DNA of 64,000 nucleotides from an uncultured Pseudomonadota bacterium (GTDB lineage Bacteria; Pseudomonadota; Alphaproteobacteria; RF32; CAG-239): NCBI GenBank assembly GCA_949289935.1, contig CASEQD010000002.1, positions 1,847 to 65,846 of the forward strand, read 5' to 3'. Shown piece by piece: positions 52,669 to 62,717 of this stretch (position 1 is its first letter; each line of letters starts with the position of its first letter). The notes under the pieces were generated by a model. It saw only the letters and a program-made list of their open reading frames with translations, ran no database searches and was not told where the DNA came from. The position numbers and the translations under genes were made by a program.

Positions 52669-54948
52669 ATGGAAAGTTTGTATGATAAAAAAATAAAAGC
52701 CCGCAAGTGGGGACGCTGGTTCAAAGTATTGTGGATTATACTTTGTTCGGTTGTGTATTTTTGGGTTGCCGGGCTGATTTCTCTGATTGTTTCCCAATAT
52801 GTCAGGTATGGTTTTTCGACCGGAAGCACCCATGAAATTTATAATTTTTTGACAAAGGTCAGAGAAACTCCGGAAATTGTTTTTAGTGCGTATGGCATGT
52901 GGTTTGAAAAACTGCTGACGGCAGAGAAGTATCATCCCGCATTGTTTATTCCTCTGTCTGTACCGGTTCTGTTTTTGTTTATTGTTTTTTTCGGCTACAT
53001 GCGCAATCCTCATTCTTTTAACTTATGGTATCTTCTTCATAATCATTTTGCTACTTTTCAAGATGTGGTGAAAATGAGAATCCTGGGCGGAAATTTGATG
53101 TCGTTGGGAAAATTTGAAGGAAAGTCTTTGGGAATTAATAAAGTTGCTTCTTTGTTCGGATGGGGCGCTTCAGAGCTCGGAAAAACATCAAGCATAGCTA
53201 TTCCGTCGATTTTGGAGAGTAATAATTCCAGTGTGGCGGCAATAGATTGTACGGGAGATTTGTTTGCTTATACTTCAGGTCATAGACGAAGCTTGGGCGA
53301 AGTTTTTTATTTTAACTGGAATCTTACGGATGATCCTGAAAAAGGGGAATTTTGGCCGCGGTGGAATCCTCTTTCTCCGGAAAATCTGCCGCGGGATGCC
53401 GATAAACGAGAGGTTTATCTGAAAAGGCTGGCAGCCCACTTGCAGCCTCAATATGAACATGAAGACTGGCAGTGTTTGTCGGCGTTGGCTGCGGAGAGTG
53501 TCCTGATCTTTTTTGTCAGCAAAACAGAGCAGGCCGCCGCCAATGATTATCTGCTCGGACGGTTGCTGAAAAACGGCGGGTTTGAGACGGAAGACGAATC
53601 CATTTTACGCAGTTATTATTCAGCCATGCCGACAAAATTTTCCGAGCCGGCGTGCAAACTGCTTGATTTGGGACAAATGACGGCGGAAAATTATTTTCCC
53701 GTCGGAAGCTGGGGCGGCATTCCGTCATTGTGGAAAGGTCGTGAGCTTTGTTTATCCATGATTGCCGACAGTCTTGTTCAAAAGTATCTTTTGGAACAAG
53801 GTAATATTTCCGGCAGATGGAAAAAAATTATTAATATTTTCAGGGAAGAAGCTTTTCTTTTTGGTTATCCGGCGGAAATTTTGCTTCGGTTTGAAAAGCT
53901 GCTGGCGCTTGATAATGAAACCTGCGATGTTTTGTTTGCCGGTTTGGCGGAAGTTTTTTCCGTTTTCAGAAAAAGCAATATCAGAGAAAGGACATCTTCC
54001 AATGATTATTGTTTGAAGTACGGGCGGGGAATGAAAGATGCCGACGGCAATCGGCGCGTTACGACGACTTATTTGATTGCAGACAACAGAGAATCGTGTT
54101 TTATGAGCAGAATGATGGCGGATATGTTGATTGAACGTAATTTAGAAAAGCATAAGTCAGCATACAGAAATCCGATTTTGTTTGTAATGGATGATTTGGA
54201 AAGGCTGCCGAAGTTTGATTCTCTTTCCAGGGGAGTTATGTCGGGATATAAGACTAATGCGGCATTTTTGTTGTTGACCGATAGGCTGAAAGGCCTTAAT
54301 GAAATTTATGGCAAAGAAGGCGTGGAAAACATTATCAGCGGGTGTACTTATAAGCTGGTTTTTGCCGATAATAATGTTGATTTAAGCCGGCAGTTTTTGG
54401 AAATGGCCGTTTATGGGACGAAATCCGTGCAAATTCCTGCCGTTGCCACGGGAGCGTTTATGAAAGTGAAGCAGGGAATTGCCGACGCTTATTATTATCG
54501 GAAAATTGCCGATGATTTGGTTTCTGTTCATTCGCACAAAAAAATAAACAAGGGAGAGCATTTGCTTTTGGTGGAAGGTTTTTATAATCTGCCGGTTAAA
54601 GTGGATGCTCAGAGTTTTAATCAAAATGTGCGTTTGAAAATGCTGGCGGAGAAGGATCCGGCGTATTATTTGAGCGAAAGACTGCGAAAGCAGCGGAAGT
54701 TTCAGGATGAAAAGGTTCCTTCTTTTGATGATGTTTTGGCTGAAAGCAGAGAGGTTCAGGTTTCTTCCGTGCCGGATGTTTCGTTTTCAGGGGTTGCCCG
54801 GGGACGAATTGAGCTTGAAGAGAAACTGAATGAAGAAATTGAGAAAGCTGAAAAAATTGCCGCCAATCGCCCGGCTTTCGGACAAAGAGAACCAACCGGC
54901 GAATCGACAGGCAGGGAAATGGATTTTTGGGAAAAACGAACGGGATGA
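52669..54948 (+). CDS. divergent VirD4/TraG-like type IV coupling protein (FtsK/HerA-superfamily ATPase)
   Basis: Two N-terminal TM helices. GWGASELGKTSSIAIPSILESNNSSVAAIDCTGDLFAYTSGHRRSLGEVFYFNW...PRWNPL parallels the VirD4 Walker-A to RWNPL block. ILFVMDDLERLPKF...NEIYGKEGVENIISGCTYKLVF parallels the Walker-B/TraG-D_C block. Confidence 0.55.
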   Translation: MESLYDKKIKARKWGRWFKVLWIILCSVVYFWVAGLISLIVSQYVRYGFSTGSTHEIYNFLTKVRETPEIVFSAYGMWFEKLLTAEKYHPALFIPLSVPVLFLFIVFFGYMRNPHSFNLWYLLHNHFATFQDVVKMRILGGNLMSLGKFEGKSLGINKVASLFGWGASELGKTSSIAIPSILESNNSSVAAIDCTGDLFAYTSGHRRSLGEVFYFNWNLTDDPEKGEFWPRWNPLSPENLPRDADKREVYLKRLAAHLQPQYEHEDWQCLSALAAESVLIFFVSKTEQAAANDYLLGRLLKNGGFETEDESILRSYYSAMPTKFSEPACKLLDLGQMTAENYFPVGSWGGIPSLWKGRELCLSMIADSLVQKYLLEQGNISGRWKKIINIFREEAFLFGYPAEILLRFEKLLALDNETCDVLFAGLAEVFSVFRKSNIRERTSSNDYCLKYGRGMKDADGNRRVTTTYLIADNRESCFMSRMMADMLIERNLEKHKSAYRNPILFVMDDLERLPKFDSLSRGVMSGYKTNAAFLLLTDRLKGLNEIYGKEGVENIISGCTYKLVFADNNVDLSRQFLEMAVYGTKSVQIPAVATGAFMKVKQGIADAYYYRKIADDLVSVHSHKKINKGEHLLLVEGFYNLPVKVDAQSFNQNVRLKMLAEKDPAYYLSERLRKQRKFQDEKVPSFDDVLAESREVQVSSVPDVSFSGVARGRIELEEKLNEEIEKAEKIAANRPAFGQREPTGESTGREMDFWEKRTG

Positions 54949-56273
54949 TGCAGGAAGAAACTTTATTTTCGGCAAATGTGAAAAAGCCTTTGGCTGACCG
55001 GCTGCGTCCGAAAACAATGGATGAGGTGGTCGGACAGGATCAGGTTGTCGGTGCGGATGCTCCGCTGGGGAGGATGTTGAAGTCTCATAAAATTTCTTCT
55101 TTTATTTTGTGGGGGCCGCCGGGTTGCGGCAAGACAACAATTGCCCGTCTGATTGCCGAACATACGAATTTGTATTTTGAGCAGATTTCTGCCGTGTTTT
55201 CCGGTGTTGCGGATTTAAAACGGGTTTTTCAGTATGCCCAGGAACGCCGAGCCAACCAGGGAAAAGGGACTTTGTTGTTTGTTGATGAAATCCATCGGTT
55301 TAATAAATCGCAGCAGGATGGTTTTTTGCCGTATGTAGAAGACGGAACGGTTATTCTGGTCGGCGCAACAACGGAAAATCCGTCGTTTGAGTTGAACGCC
55401 GCTTTGTTGTCCCGTTGTCAGGTATTTGTTTTGAATCGTTTGAATGAGCCGGAATTTGAAATTTTGCTGCAACGGGCGGAAAAAGAAATGGGACGGAAAT
55501 TGCCGGTGAATGATGAAGCAAGGGAATTTATCAAAACAATTGCCGACGGAGACGGACGGTATATTCTGAATTTGGCGGAGAGTATTTGGAATTATGCGGC
55601 GCCGGGAGAAATTTTTGATAAGGAATCTGTTGAAAAGATTATACGTTCACGGGCACCGGTTTATGATAAGGGAAGGGACGGGCATTATAATCTGATTTCG
55701 GCGGTTCATAAATCACTCCGCGGTTCTGATGTTGATGCCGCGTTATATTGGGTTGCCCGGATGATGGAAGCCGGAGAGGATCCGAAGTATATTTTGAGGC
55801 GTTTGACCCGCTTTGCCGTTGAGGATGTTTCTCTGGCGGATCCGAATGCGGTGGTTCAGGCGATTGCCTGCTGGGATTTGTATGAACGGCTGGGATCTCC
55901 AGAAGGAAATTTGGCGGTATTTCAGCTGGCGGCTTATCTGGCAACGGCGCCCAAATCGGTCGGGGTTTATAAGTCGATGTATGCCGCCCGTGATGCAGCC
56001 CGCCGGACGGGTTCGCTGATGCCGCCGAAGAACATTTTAAATGCACCGACAAAACTGATGAAACAGCTCGGATACAGCGAAGGGTATGAATATGATCCGG
56101 ATTGTGAGGATGGTTTTTCGGGGGCAAATTATTTTCCGGACGGGATGAAACGCATGAAATTGTATTATCCTGCAGACAGGGGATTTGAACGAGAGATTAA
56201 AAAACGAATTGAATATTTCGACCGGCTGCGGGCAGAGAAACAAGCCAGAAAAAAACAAACCGGGAAGGCATAA
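54945..56273 (+). CDS. rarA: replication-associated recombination protein A (RarA/MgsA)
   Basis: LADRLRPKTMDEVVGQ, GPPGCGKTTIARLIA, LFVDEIHRFNKSQQD, plus a MgsA C-domain. The ATG overlaps the upstream stop (ATGA). Confidence 0.9.
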   Translation: MMQEETLFSANVKKPLADRLRPKTMDEVVGQDQVVGADAPLGRMLKSHKISSFILWGPPGCGKTTIARLIAEHTNLYFEQISAVFSGVADLKRVFQYAQERRANQGKGTLLFVDEIHRFNKSQQDGFLPYVEDGTVILVGATTENPSFELNAALLSRCQVFVLNRLNEPEFEILLQRAEKEMGRKLPVNDEAREFIKTIADGDGRYILNLAESIWNYAAPGEIFDKESVEKIIRSRAPVYDKGRDGHYNLISAVHKSLRGSDVDAALYWVARMMEAGEDPKYILRRLTRFAVEDVSLADPNAVVQAIACWDLYERLGSPEGNLAVFQLAAYLATAPKSVGVYKSMYAARDAARRTGSLMPPKNILNAPTKLMKQLGYSEGYEYDPDCEDGFSGANYFPDGMKRMKLYYPADRGFEREIKKRIEYFDRLRAEKQARKKQTGKA

Positions 56274-56432
56274 AGTTTTTGATTGTTTGAAGAAAAGGCG
56301 TTGTTCGGCAGGGTGTGTCCTTTTTGAGGTTGCGAATCTATGAGCAATAAGTTAAAATGCAGGAAGTTTGTAAAGCAGGGTAAAATCGGAAAAGGGTTTT
56401 CCTTATGACAAGAAGGCAGAGAAGTTTTTAAA

Positions 56433-57365
56433 ATGGCCGGAGTTTCTGTGGTTAAAATCAGGCCGGAAGATGACGGTATGCGTCTTAACCGCTGGTTTTT
56501 GAAGTATTATCCGGGGCTGAGTCTGGGGCGTTTGAACAAGCTGCTCCGAACAAAGCAGATTAAACTTGACGGCTGTCGGGCAGAAGCGTCCTGTAAGCTG
56601 CGTGCCGGGCAGGAATTGCGTTTGCCTCCGTTGGATAATGAGCAGCAGGCCGGAGTCAAAAAAGATTTTGTTTCACCAAAGGATGAGGCATTTGTTCAAT
56701 CTCTGGTTATTTATAAAGATGAAAATATTCTTGTGTTAAACAAGCCTTCGGGGTTGGCCGTTCAGGGCGGAACCCATACCGAACGCCATGTCGACGGAAT
56801 GCTTGACGCTTTAAAATTTGAAAAAACGGAAAGACCGAAACTGGTGCACCGGATTGATAAAAATACCAGCGGCCTTTTGGTTTTGGCAAGGAATCGAAAA
56901 TATGCCGAGTTATTAACGAAGGCTTTTCGGGAACATCAATTGCAAAAGACATATCTGGCTTTTTGTCTCGGCGTTCCTTCAAAAAAGGAAGGTGAAATAA
57001 AAATGCCTTTACTGAAATCCGGCGAAAAGAGCATTGTCGGCGAAGAGGGAAAAGAAGCGGTTACGAAATATAAAGTGCTGGATACGGCCGGGAATATGTT
57101 TTCACTAATTGCCGCTTATCCGCTGACGGGGCGTACTCACCAAATCAGAGCTCATTTGGAAGCCATCGGATGTCCGATTGCCGGTGACGACAAATATTAT
57201 GGAAAAGAACGGCAAAAGTTCAGTTTGTTTTCAAATAAACTTTATCTGCATGCATATAAAATTAACCTCTCCGTGTTATATCATAAAAAAACGGAAATCA
57301 GTGCTCCGCTGCCGGATTATTTCAAGCAAAGCATGACTGCGGCGGGAATCGTCTTTAAGGAGTGA
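56433..57365 (+). CDS. rluC: RluA-family 23S rRNA pseudouridine synthase (RluC-like, with S4 domain)
   Basis: S4-like N-terminus (MRLNRWFLKYYPGLSLGRLNKLLR). HRIDKNTSGLLVLA catalytic motif. Confidence 0.8.
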   Translation: MAGVSVVKIRPEDDGMRLNRWFLKYYPGLSLGRLNKLLRTKQIKLDGCRAEASCKLRAGQELRLPPLDNEQQAGVKKDFVSPKDEAFVQSLVIYKDENILVLNKPSGLAVQGGTHTERHVDGMLDALKFEKTERPKLVHRIDKNTSGLLVLARNRKYAELLTKAFREHQLQKTYLAFCLGVPSKKEGEIKMPLLKSGEKSIVGEEGKEAVTKYKVLDTAGNMFSLIAAYPLTGRTHQIRAHLEAIGCPIAGDDKYYGKERQKFSLFSNKLYLHAYKINLSVLYHKKTEISAPLPDYFKQSMTAAGIVFKE

Positions 57366-57369
57366 AAAA

Positions 57370-59607
57370 ATGAGCCTTTTGAAAGTTTTGGTGAAAGTGG
57401 TAATCGGTTTGGTTATTGTTGTTGCCCTTTCTGCGTATATTTTTATAAATAATTTTGATTTGAATAAATACAAAGATGATATTTCGATGTTTGCAGAAGA
57501 AAAGCTCGGCAGAAAACTGGCTATTAACGGTGAGGCAAAACTCGGGCTTTCTTTTTCTCCGACGTTGATTGTCAATGATGTTGAACTGGCCAATGCAGAC
57601 TGGGCTTCTTCGCCGCAGATGGTGAAAGTAGGCAGTCTGGAGATTAAACTGGCTTTACTTCCGCTGCTGCATCGTCAGTTTGTTATTGATAATTTGGTTT
57701 TGTCCGGTGTGGAAATTAATTTGGAAGTTGCCGCAGATGGCGCACAAAACTGGAATTTCGGCGGGAGTGAAGCCGGAAAAGTTATGAAGAATGTTACGCC
57801 GGCGCAAGTGGAACTGATGAAGGATCAGGCTATAGCTTCGGGGTTGGTGGATATGAAAACGGCGGACAAGGCGGCGGAAATGGTAAGGCAGAATCCGGCT
57901 TCTCTGGCTTTGGCCGGTTTTGCGGCGAAGAATGTTTTGATTGAAAACGGGCGTTTTTCACTGATTAATCATAAGGAAAATTCTCAGCTTCAAACAGAAA
58001 TCATTCGCTTTTCCATGGTTGTTCCGGATATGCAGTCGGAAGTTAATGCCGAATTTGATTTGATGTTCAACGGTCAGAGCATCAAGGGGAAAACTACTTT
58101 GGGCAAACCGGAGCTGCTTATTTCGGGAAACGGGGCTTATCCGGTTTCTGCCGAACTCGGCGCTTACGGGGTGACGGCAGATATTTCGGCGACGCTGCAT
58201 GATATTCAGACGGATCTTTCTTATGCGGTTACCGCATCTATTCATAATCCTCAGGGAAATATGGGCGCTCCGGATGTAAAACTGGATGCTCAGGTTAGCG
58301 GTAACAGGCAAGTTGTTTCAGCCGTGGTGCAGCGTTTGGATATAAACGGGAATATTTTTACGGGTACGGTTGATGCCAATATTTCCGAGAAAACACCTTA
58401 TGCGGTTGTTGATTTGCAAAGTGATTTGCTTAATCTTCAAACACTGAAGCCGGCGTCCGGACAAAAAAATGCTCAATTTCTTCCGGACATTATTGCTTCG
58501 GCGAAAGCCAGCCAGTTTGTTCCCGATATAAAAATTCCTTTTGCGGCGATGGGCGCTTTGAATGCCAAGGCTGCAGTGGCAGTGAAAATACTTCAGCTGA
58601 GCCCGGATATTGTTTTGGAAGATGTTTCTCTCAATGCTTCTCTGCTTAACGGCGTATTAGAGGTTAATCCGCTTAAAGCATCAGCCGGCGGCGGAAATTT
58701 CAATGCCGTGGTGTCTGTTGATTCTGCCGCGAGGAGCATGAAGCTGACTGCTGTCGGCAGCGGTATTGTTTTGCCGGCGTTTTATGCTAAGCTTAAGGCA
58801 CCGGCGGATGGTTCTTCTTTTGGTTTTGTTTCGGGCGGAGCTGCTGATTTTGATGTTCGTTTGTCCGGAACCGGAGATACTTACCGCCAATTGGTTAATT
58901 CTCTGAAAGGGAGCGCTGTGGCGATTGTTGATAAATCTACCGTTCATCCGGGAGCGTTGGAGGCGCTGACAGGTAATTTTATTATGCAGATTTTACATAC
59001 GCTTAAGCTTGACAGCATGAAAGAGAAAAATCTTGATTTGAATTGTGCCGTTGTCAGAGCTGATGTGTCTAACGGGGTGGTTGATTTTCCCAAAGGAATT
59101 GCCATTAGTTCCAAACAGCTGAATTTGGTGAGCAGCGGAAAATATACCCTGCTTAATGACGGGCTTGATTTTTCCGTCCGTCCGTATTCCGGACAGATTG
59201 TCGATGCCAATCTGGCTCAGGCGCTGAGTTCTTTTATTAAAATCAAAGGAACGGCTCAAAATCCGAAAATTGTTTTGGATGATACGCAAGCTTTGAAGGC
59301 ATTGGTTGGTATTGCGGCGACGGGGGGAACTGCTTATCTTGGTTCTCAGCTGGTTCTTGATGCGGACAGTACGCCCTGTTATACGGCTTTGAAAGGAACG
59401 CCCTATCAGTCCCGTTTTCCAGGTCCGGGAGCCATTCAAAAAGCAGGACAGGAAATTTATCAGGGGGCGGATGATACGGTCAAAGACAGTGTCAACGATG
59501 TGAAGCAGCAATTGAAAAGTTCGGCTCAGGATGTGAAGAAATCTTTGAAAGATTTGGAAAATGCCGCAAAAGGCTTTTTGCAGAATTTGCAGCTGCAACG
59601 TAACTGA
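57370..59607 (+). CDS. AsmA family protein
   Basis: N-terminal anchor plus ...NNFDLNKYKDDISMFAEEKLGRKLAINGEAKLGLSFSPTLIVNDVELAN, typical of AsmA. 745 aa. Confidence 0.75.
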   Translation: MSLLKVLVKVVIGLVIVVALSAYIFINNFDLNKYKDDISMFAEEKLGRKLAINGEAKLGLSFSPTLIVNDVELANADWASSPQMVKVGSLEIKLALLPLLHRQFVIDNLVLSGVEINLEVAADGAQNWNFGGSEAGKVMKNVTPAQVELMKDQAIASGLVDMKTADKAAEMVRQNPASLALAGFAAKNVLIENGRFSLINHKENSQLQTEIIRFSMVVPDMQSEVNAEFDLMFNGQSIKGKTTLGKPELLISGNGAYPVSAELGAYGVTADISATLHDIQTDLSYAVTASIHNPQGNMGAPDVKLDAQVSGNRQVVSAVVQRLDINGNIFTGTVDANISEKTPYAVVDLQSDLLNLQTLKPASGQKNAQFLPDIIASAKASQFVPDIKIPFAAMGALNAKAAVAVKILQLSPDIVLEDVSLNASLLNGVLEVNPLKASAGGGNFNAVVSVDSAARSMKLTAVGSGIVLPAFYAKLKAPADGSSFGFVSGGAADFDVRLSGTGDTYRQLVNSLKGSAVAIVDKSTVHPGALEALTGNFIMQILHTLKLDSMKEKNLDLNCAVVRADVSNGVVDFPKGIAISSKQLNLVSSGKYTLLNDGLDFSVRPYSGQIVDANLAQALSSFIKIKGTAQNPKIVLDDTQALKALVGIAATGGTAYLGSQLVLDADSTPCYTALKGTPYQSRFPGPGAIQKAGQEIYQGADDTVKDSVNDVKQQLKSSAQDVKKSLKDLENAAKGFLQNLQLQRN

Positions 59608-59620
59608 AAGGATAAGTTGT

Positions 59621-60127
59621 ATGTTTGAAAAAATAATAAAAGCTCAGGCTGAAATTTCGCGTGAGAGAGATGAGGTTATTCAGAAACTTTTGCGTTTTGT
59701 TTTGACTGACGCTCTGCTTTTTTGGTCGCATAACGATGAATTGTCAAAAAGACAGGAAAAGTTGTGGATGCCGGTTGTTATCTGGGCCAGGCGCATTTTG
59801 AAAGCAGAACTTTTGACAACAACAGAACTTGATGTGCCTGAGGAAAATCAAAAAGCAGTTGATGCTTTGAAGATTTTTTTGGAAAAGCTGACAGATAAAA
59901 AGCTGACGGCGCTTTATTTGGCCGCGCTTGATATGCGTTCGGTTATTTTGGCGATGGCTTTGACGGAAGGCCGTCTGGATGCGGAAGGCGCGTATAAGGC
60001 GGCCTGGCTTGAAGAATTGTGGCAGGCCGAGAAATGGGGCGTTGATCCGGAGGCTGAAAGCAAAAGGCTGGAAATGAAAAAAGAGTTGCAGGAAATTGAG
60101 GCCTTTTTAAAGAAAAAAGATGATTAA
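59621..60127 (+). CDS. ATP12 (F1-ATPase assembly chaperone)-like protein
   Basis: LTALYLAALDMRSVILAMALTEGRLDAEGAYKAAWLEELWQAEKWGVDPEA matches the ATP12 C-terminal pattern. It is shorter than typical homologs. Confidence 0.55.
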   Translation: MFEKIIKAQAEISRERDEVIQKLLRFVLTDALLFWSHNDELSKRQEKLWMPVVIWARRILKAELLTTTELDVPEENQKAVDALKIFLEKLTDKKLTALYLAALDMRSVILAMALTEGRLDAEGAYKAAWLEELWQAEKWGVDPEAESKRLEMKKELQEIEAFLKKKDD

Positions 60128-60410
60128 GGAGGTTTATATTAAAATTCACGGCCGCGTACAAGGAATAGGTTTTCGGTGGTGGGCGGTTAAAACGGCTTCG
60201 GAAATCGGCGGAATTTCAGGCTGGGTCAGAAATGTGGAGGACGGCAGTGTGGAGATTATGATGTCGGGGGAAGAAGACAAAACAGACAGGATGCTTCTGG
60301 CCTGTCATAAAGGGCCGGCGCTCGGCCGGGTGGATCGGGTGGAATTTGTTGTCGGCCGGTGGAGCAGTTTTTTGCCTCCGATAGAGAAAGGTGTTTTTAA
60401 AAGAGTATAA
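60120..60410 (+). CDS. acyP: acylphosphatase
   Basis: IHGRVQGIGFRWWAVKTASEIGGISGWVRNVEDGSVEI motif, 96 aa. Confidence 0.85.
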   Translation: MIKEVYIKIHGRVQGIGFRWWAVKTASEIGGISGWVRNVEDGSVEIMMSGEEDKTDRMLLACHKGPALGRVDRVEFVVGRWSSFLPPIEKGVFKRV

Positions 60411-60447
60411 AAAAACCGCGGTTAAATATAAACCGCGGTTTTTTTAT
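60408..60447. terminator. bidirectional intrinsic terminator
   Basis: A7-CCGCGGTT...AACCGCGG-T7 perfect stem between convergent genes. Confidence 0.7.
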
Positions 60448-61052
60448 TCGTAGTTTTCGGCGGAAATTTCTTCGTGAAGTTCCCGCATGTTTTCCTGCAA
60501 CAATTCGACATATTTTTCCTCTTCCACAATATGAGGATTGAGGATAGCAATGCCTTCCAGCAGACAACGCAGGGAAAACCATTCTTCTTGTTTTGTTTTT
60601 TCAGGGTTCCAGACAATGCGGCTGGTAAAATCATAAACCAGTTCTTCGTTGTCTTCCCGTTCCCATTGTTCCTGTTCGGTTATTTCTGCCTGTTCCCGAA
60701 GTTTGAGTTCAAAAAGCAAAAATTTTTGGACGATGGGATTTAGAGAATAGTTTTCAGTGATGTAACGAATATGAAATTCCGAGAAAGTCTCCCATTCTTT
60801 CCGAAGTTCGCGGTTGGAACAAAAATGTTTTAAGTCGTTTATGACATTGTTTGTTCCGGCTGCGTTATACTCGTCATCGCTGCTGGCGCTGCGTACAACA
60901 AACATTTTAAACATCAGATGAGATCTGAGCAGATCCATCAGGATGTTTGCTAAAGAAAGACTATCAGATCTTTCTTCATAAATTTTCATTTCTTCCTCAT
61001 CATACAGCAAAGTAGAAATGATGCTGCAGATGTCTTCAATTATTGTTTTCAT
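60444..61052 (-). CDS. hypothetical acidic cytoplasmic protein (ORFan)
   Basis: 202-aa ORF with its own promoter and terminator. No family was recognised. Confidence 0.4.
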   Translation of the reverse strand: MKTIIEDICSIISTLLYDEEEMKIYEERSDSLSLANILMDLLRSHLMFKMFVVRSASSDDEYNAAGTNNVINDLKHFCSNRELRKEWETFSEFHIRYITENYSLNPIVQKFLLFELKLREQAEITEQEQWEREDNEELVYDFTSRIVWNPEKTKQEEWFSLRCLLEGIAILNPHIVEEEKYVELLQENMRELHEEISAENYE

Positions 61053-61081
61053 AATATCATAATTATAATTTTGCGTACTTT

Positions 61082-61109
61082 AATATATACTATGGACAAA
61101 TTTTGTCAA
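61082..61109 (-). promoter_or_regulatory. sigma70-like promoter of the ORFan at 60444-61052
   Basis: The minus strand reads TTTTTTGTTGACA, a 16-nt spacer, then TATATT. Confidence 0.5.
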
Positions 61110-61149
61110 CAAAAAAGTGAAGCTTCTGTAAAAAAACGGTAAGTTTTTG

Positions 61150-62547
61150 TCAGCCTTTTATTAAACTGTTGAATTCCGCTTTTTTGTGATTGAGCCGGAT
61201 TTGATTTTCTCCGGTAAGGTTTGCCGGTTTCCGGGCGATGGCGTATTGCGGCAGCAGACGTTTTATTTCACTGATGTCTTTGTTCCAGGCTTTGGGTCTG
61301 ATGCGGATTTTTTTACCTTGTCCGGCGGAAACTTTGGGGGTTGTTTCACCGGTTTCGGCGTCTTCAAATTCGGTTAAGGTCAAACACAAGTTTTCCAATG
61401 TCCCAGGAATGAGAAATTCAATAAATTCGCCTTTGTCAATGTAGTTGCGGATTTCAAATACGGCATCGTCTCCCTGCCATTCGACAATGGAACCGGCAAA
61501 TAACCAGTCTCCGAGTGTGCGGGTGTATTCGTAGTTTTGACTGATGTTTGTGAGTTTTCCGTCGTGAAATCCCAGACAATATCCCCGGTTTTGCAATGTG
61601 TTGAGATCCGGCATATATTTATTGTAATCCCAGGTTTGCGGGGAGGCGTACCAGTCGTCAATCGCCCGGCGGTAAGCCCGGGCAACGACACCTGCGTAGT
61701 ATTCGGTTTTGTTGCGGCCTTCAATTTTGAGCGAATCCATTCCGATGCTTAACAGATCCGGCAGGCGGGGCATGAGGCACATGTCTTTGGAGTTGAGTAT
61801 GTATCCGCCGTGTTCGTCTTCAATGATTTCGTAATATTCGCCGGGACGGAAATCTTCTTCCAGCAGAAAGTCGAAGAAATCTTTGCTGGTTTCCGTTATG
61901 GGAATTTCTTTTATTGTACCGTCTTTCAGACGAAGATGGAGCTTGTAATGCCAGCGGCAGCAATGGGCGCATTTTCCCTGGTTGGCACTGCGGTCTGCCA
62001 GATAGTTTGAAATGAGGCAACGTCCGGAATAAGACATGCACATTGCGCCGTGCATGAAACATTCCAACAGAATGTCCGGGCATTTTTCCCGGATTTCTTT
62101 CATTTCCGCGTAGGTTGTTTCTCTTCCTAAAACGCAGAGTTTTGCTCCCTGATTCTGCCAGAATTTGACGGCCGGCCATGAGCAGATGTTGGCCTGGGTG
62201 GAAATAAAAAGCTTCAGTTCAGGGGCGTTGTCTTTTACAAATTGAAAAACGCCCGGATCGGCGATTAAGACGCCGTCCGGATGCAGGTGGTTGAGCGTTT
62301 CAACAAAAACAGGGAGCTTTTCGACATCACGGTTGTGCATGAACAGATTTAAGGTCAGGTAAATTTTTTTGCCCAGACGATGAGTGTATTCAATTCCTTC
62401 TTCAAGTTCTTCCAGCGAAAATTTTGACTGGGAACGCAGGCACAAATCAGGCGTTCCGGCATAGACGGCGTCGGCGCCGTACAGCAGGGCGGTTTTTAGT
62501 TTGACCAGCGAGCCGGCCGGCAGCAGAAGTTCGGCTTTATCCAACAT
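61150..62547 (-). CDS. peptidase U32 family protein
   Basis: 465 aa. LLLPAGSLVKLKTALLYGADAVY, the ISTQANI...GRETTYAEM TIM-barrel pattern and Cys-rich CMSYSGRCLIS are typical of U32/YegQ-type proteins. Confidence 0.8.
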   Translation of the reverse strand: MLDKAELLLPAGSLVKLKTALLYGADAVYAGTPDLCLRSQSKFSLEELEEGIEYTHRLGKKIYLTLNLFMHNRDVEKLPVFVETLNHLHPDGVLIADPGVFQFVKDNAPELKLFISTQANICSWPAVKFWQNQGAKLCVLGRETTYAEMKEIREKCPDILLECFMHGAMCMSYSGRCLISNYLADRSANQGKCAHCCRWHYKLHLRLKDGTIKEIPITETSKDFFDFLLEEDFRPGEYYEIIEDEHGGYILNSKDMCLMPRLPDLLSIGMDSLKIEGRNKTEYYAGVVARAYRRAIDDWYASPQTWDYNKYMPDLNTLQNRGYCLGFHDGKLTNISQNYEYTRTLGDWLFAGSIVEWQGDDAVFEIRNYIDKGEFIEFLIPGTLENLCLTLTEFEDAETGETTPKVSAGQGKKIRIRPKAWNKDISEIKRLLPQYAIARKPANLTGENQIRLNHKKAEFNSLIKG

Positions 62548-62717
62548 GTTTTATCCTTAATTCAATGATGCTTTTTTCAGCAGAAAGTTTAGACTGTTTT
62601 TTCGGAAAAATCCAGAATAATCTGATTTGGATGTTTGGCGGTGAAATTTATAGGAATTTTTTAAATTTTTGATGTTATTTGTAAAAACAGTTTCAGTAAA
62701 TTGAAGGATGAACAGCT

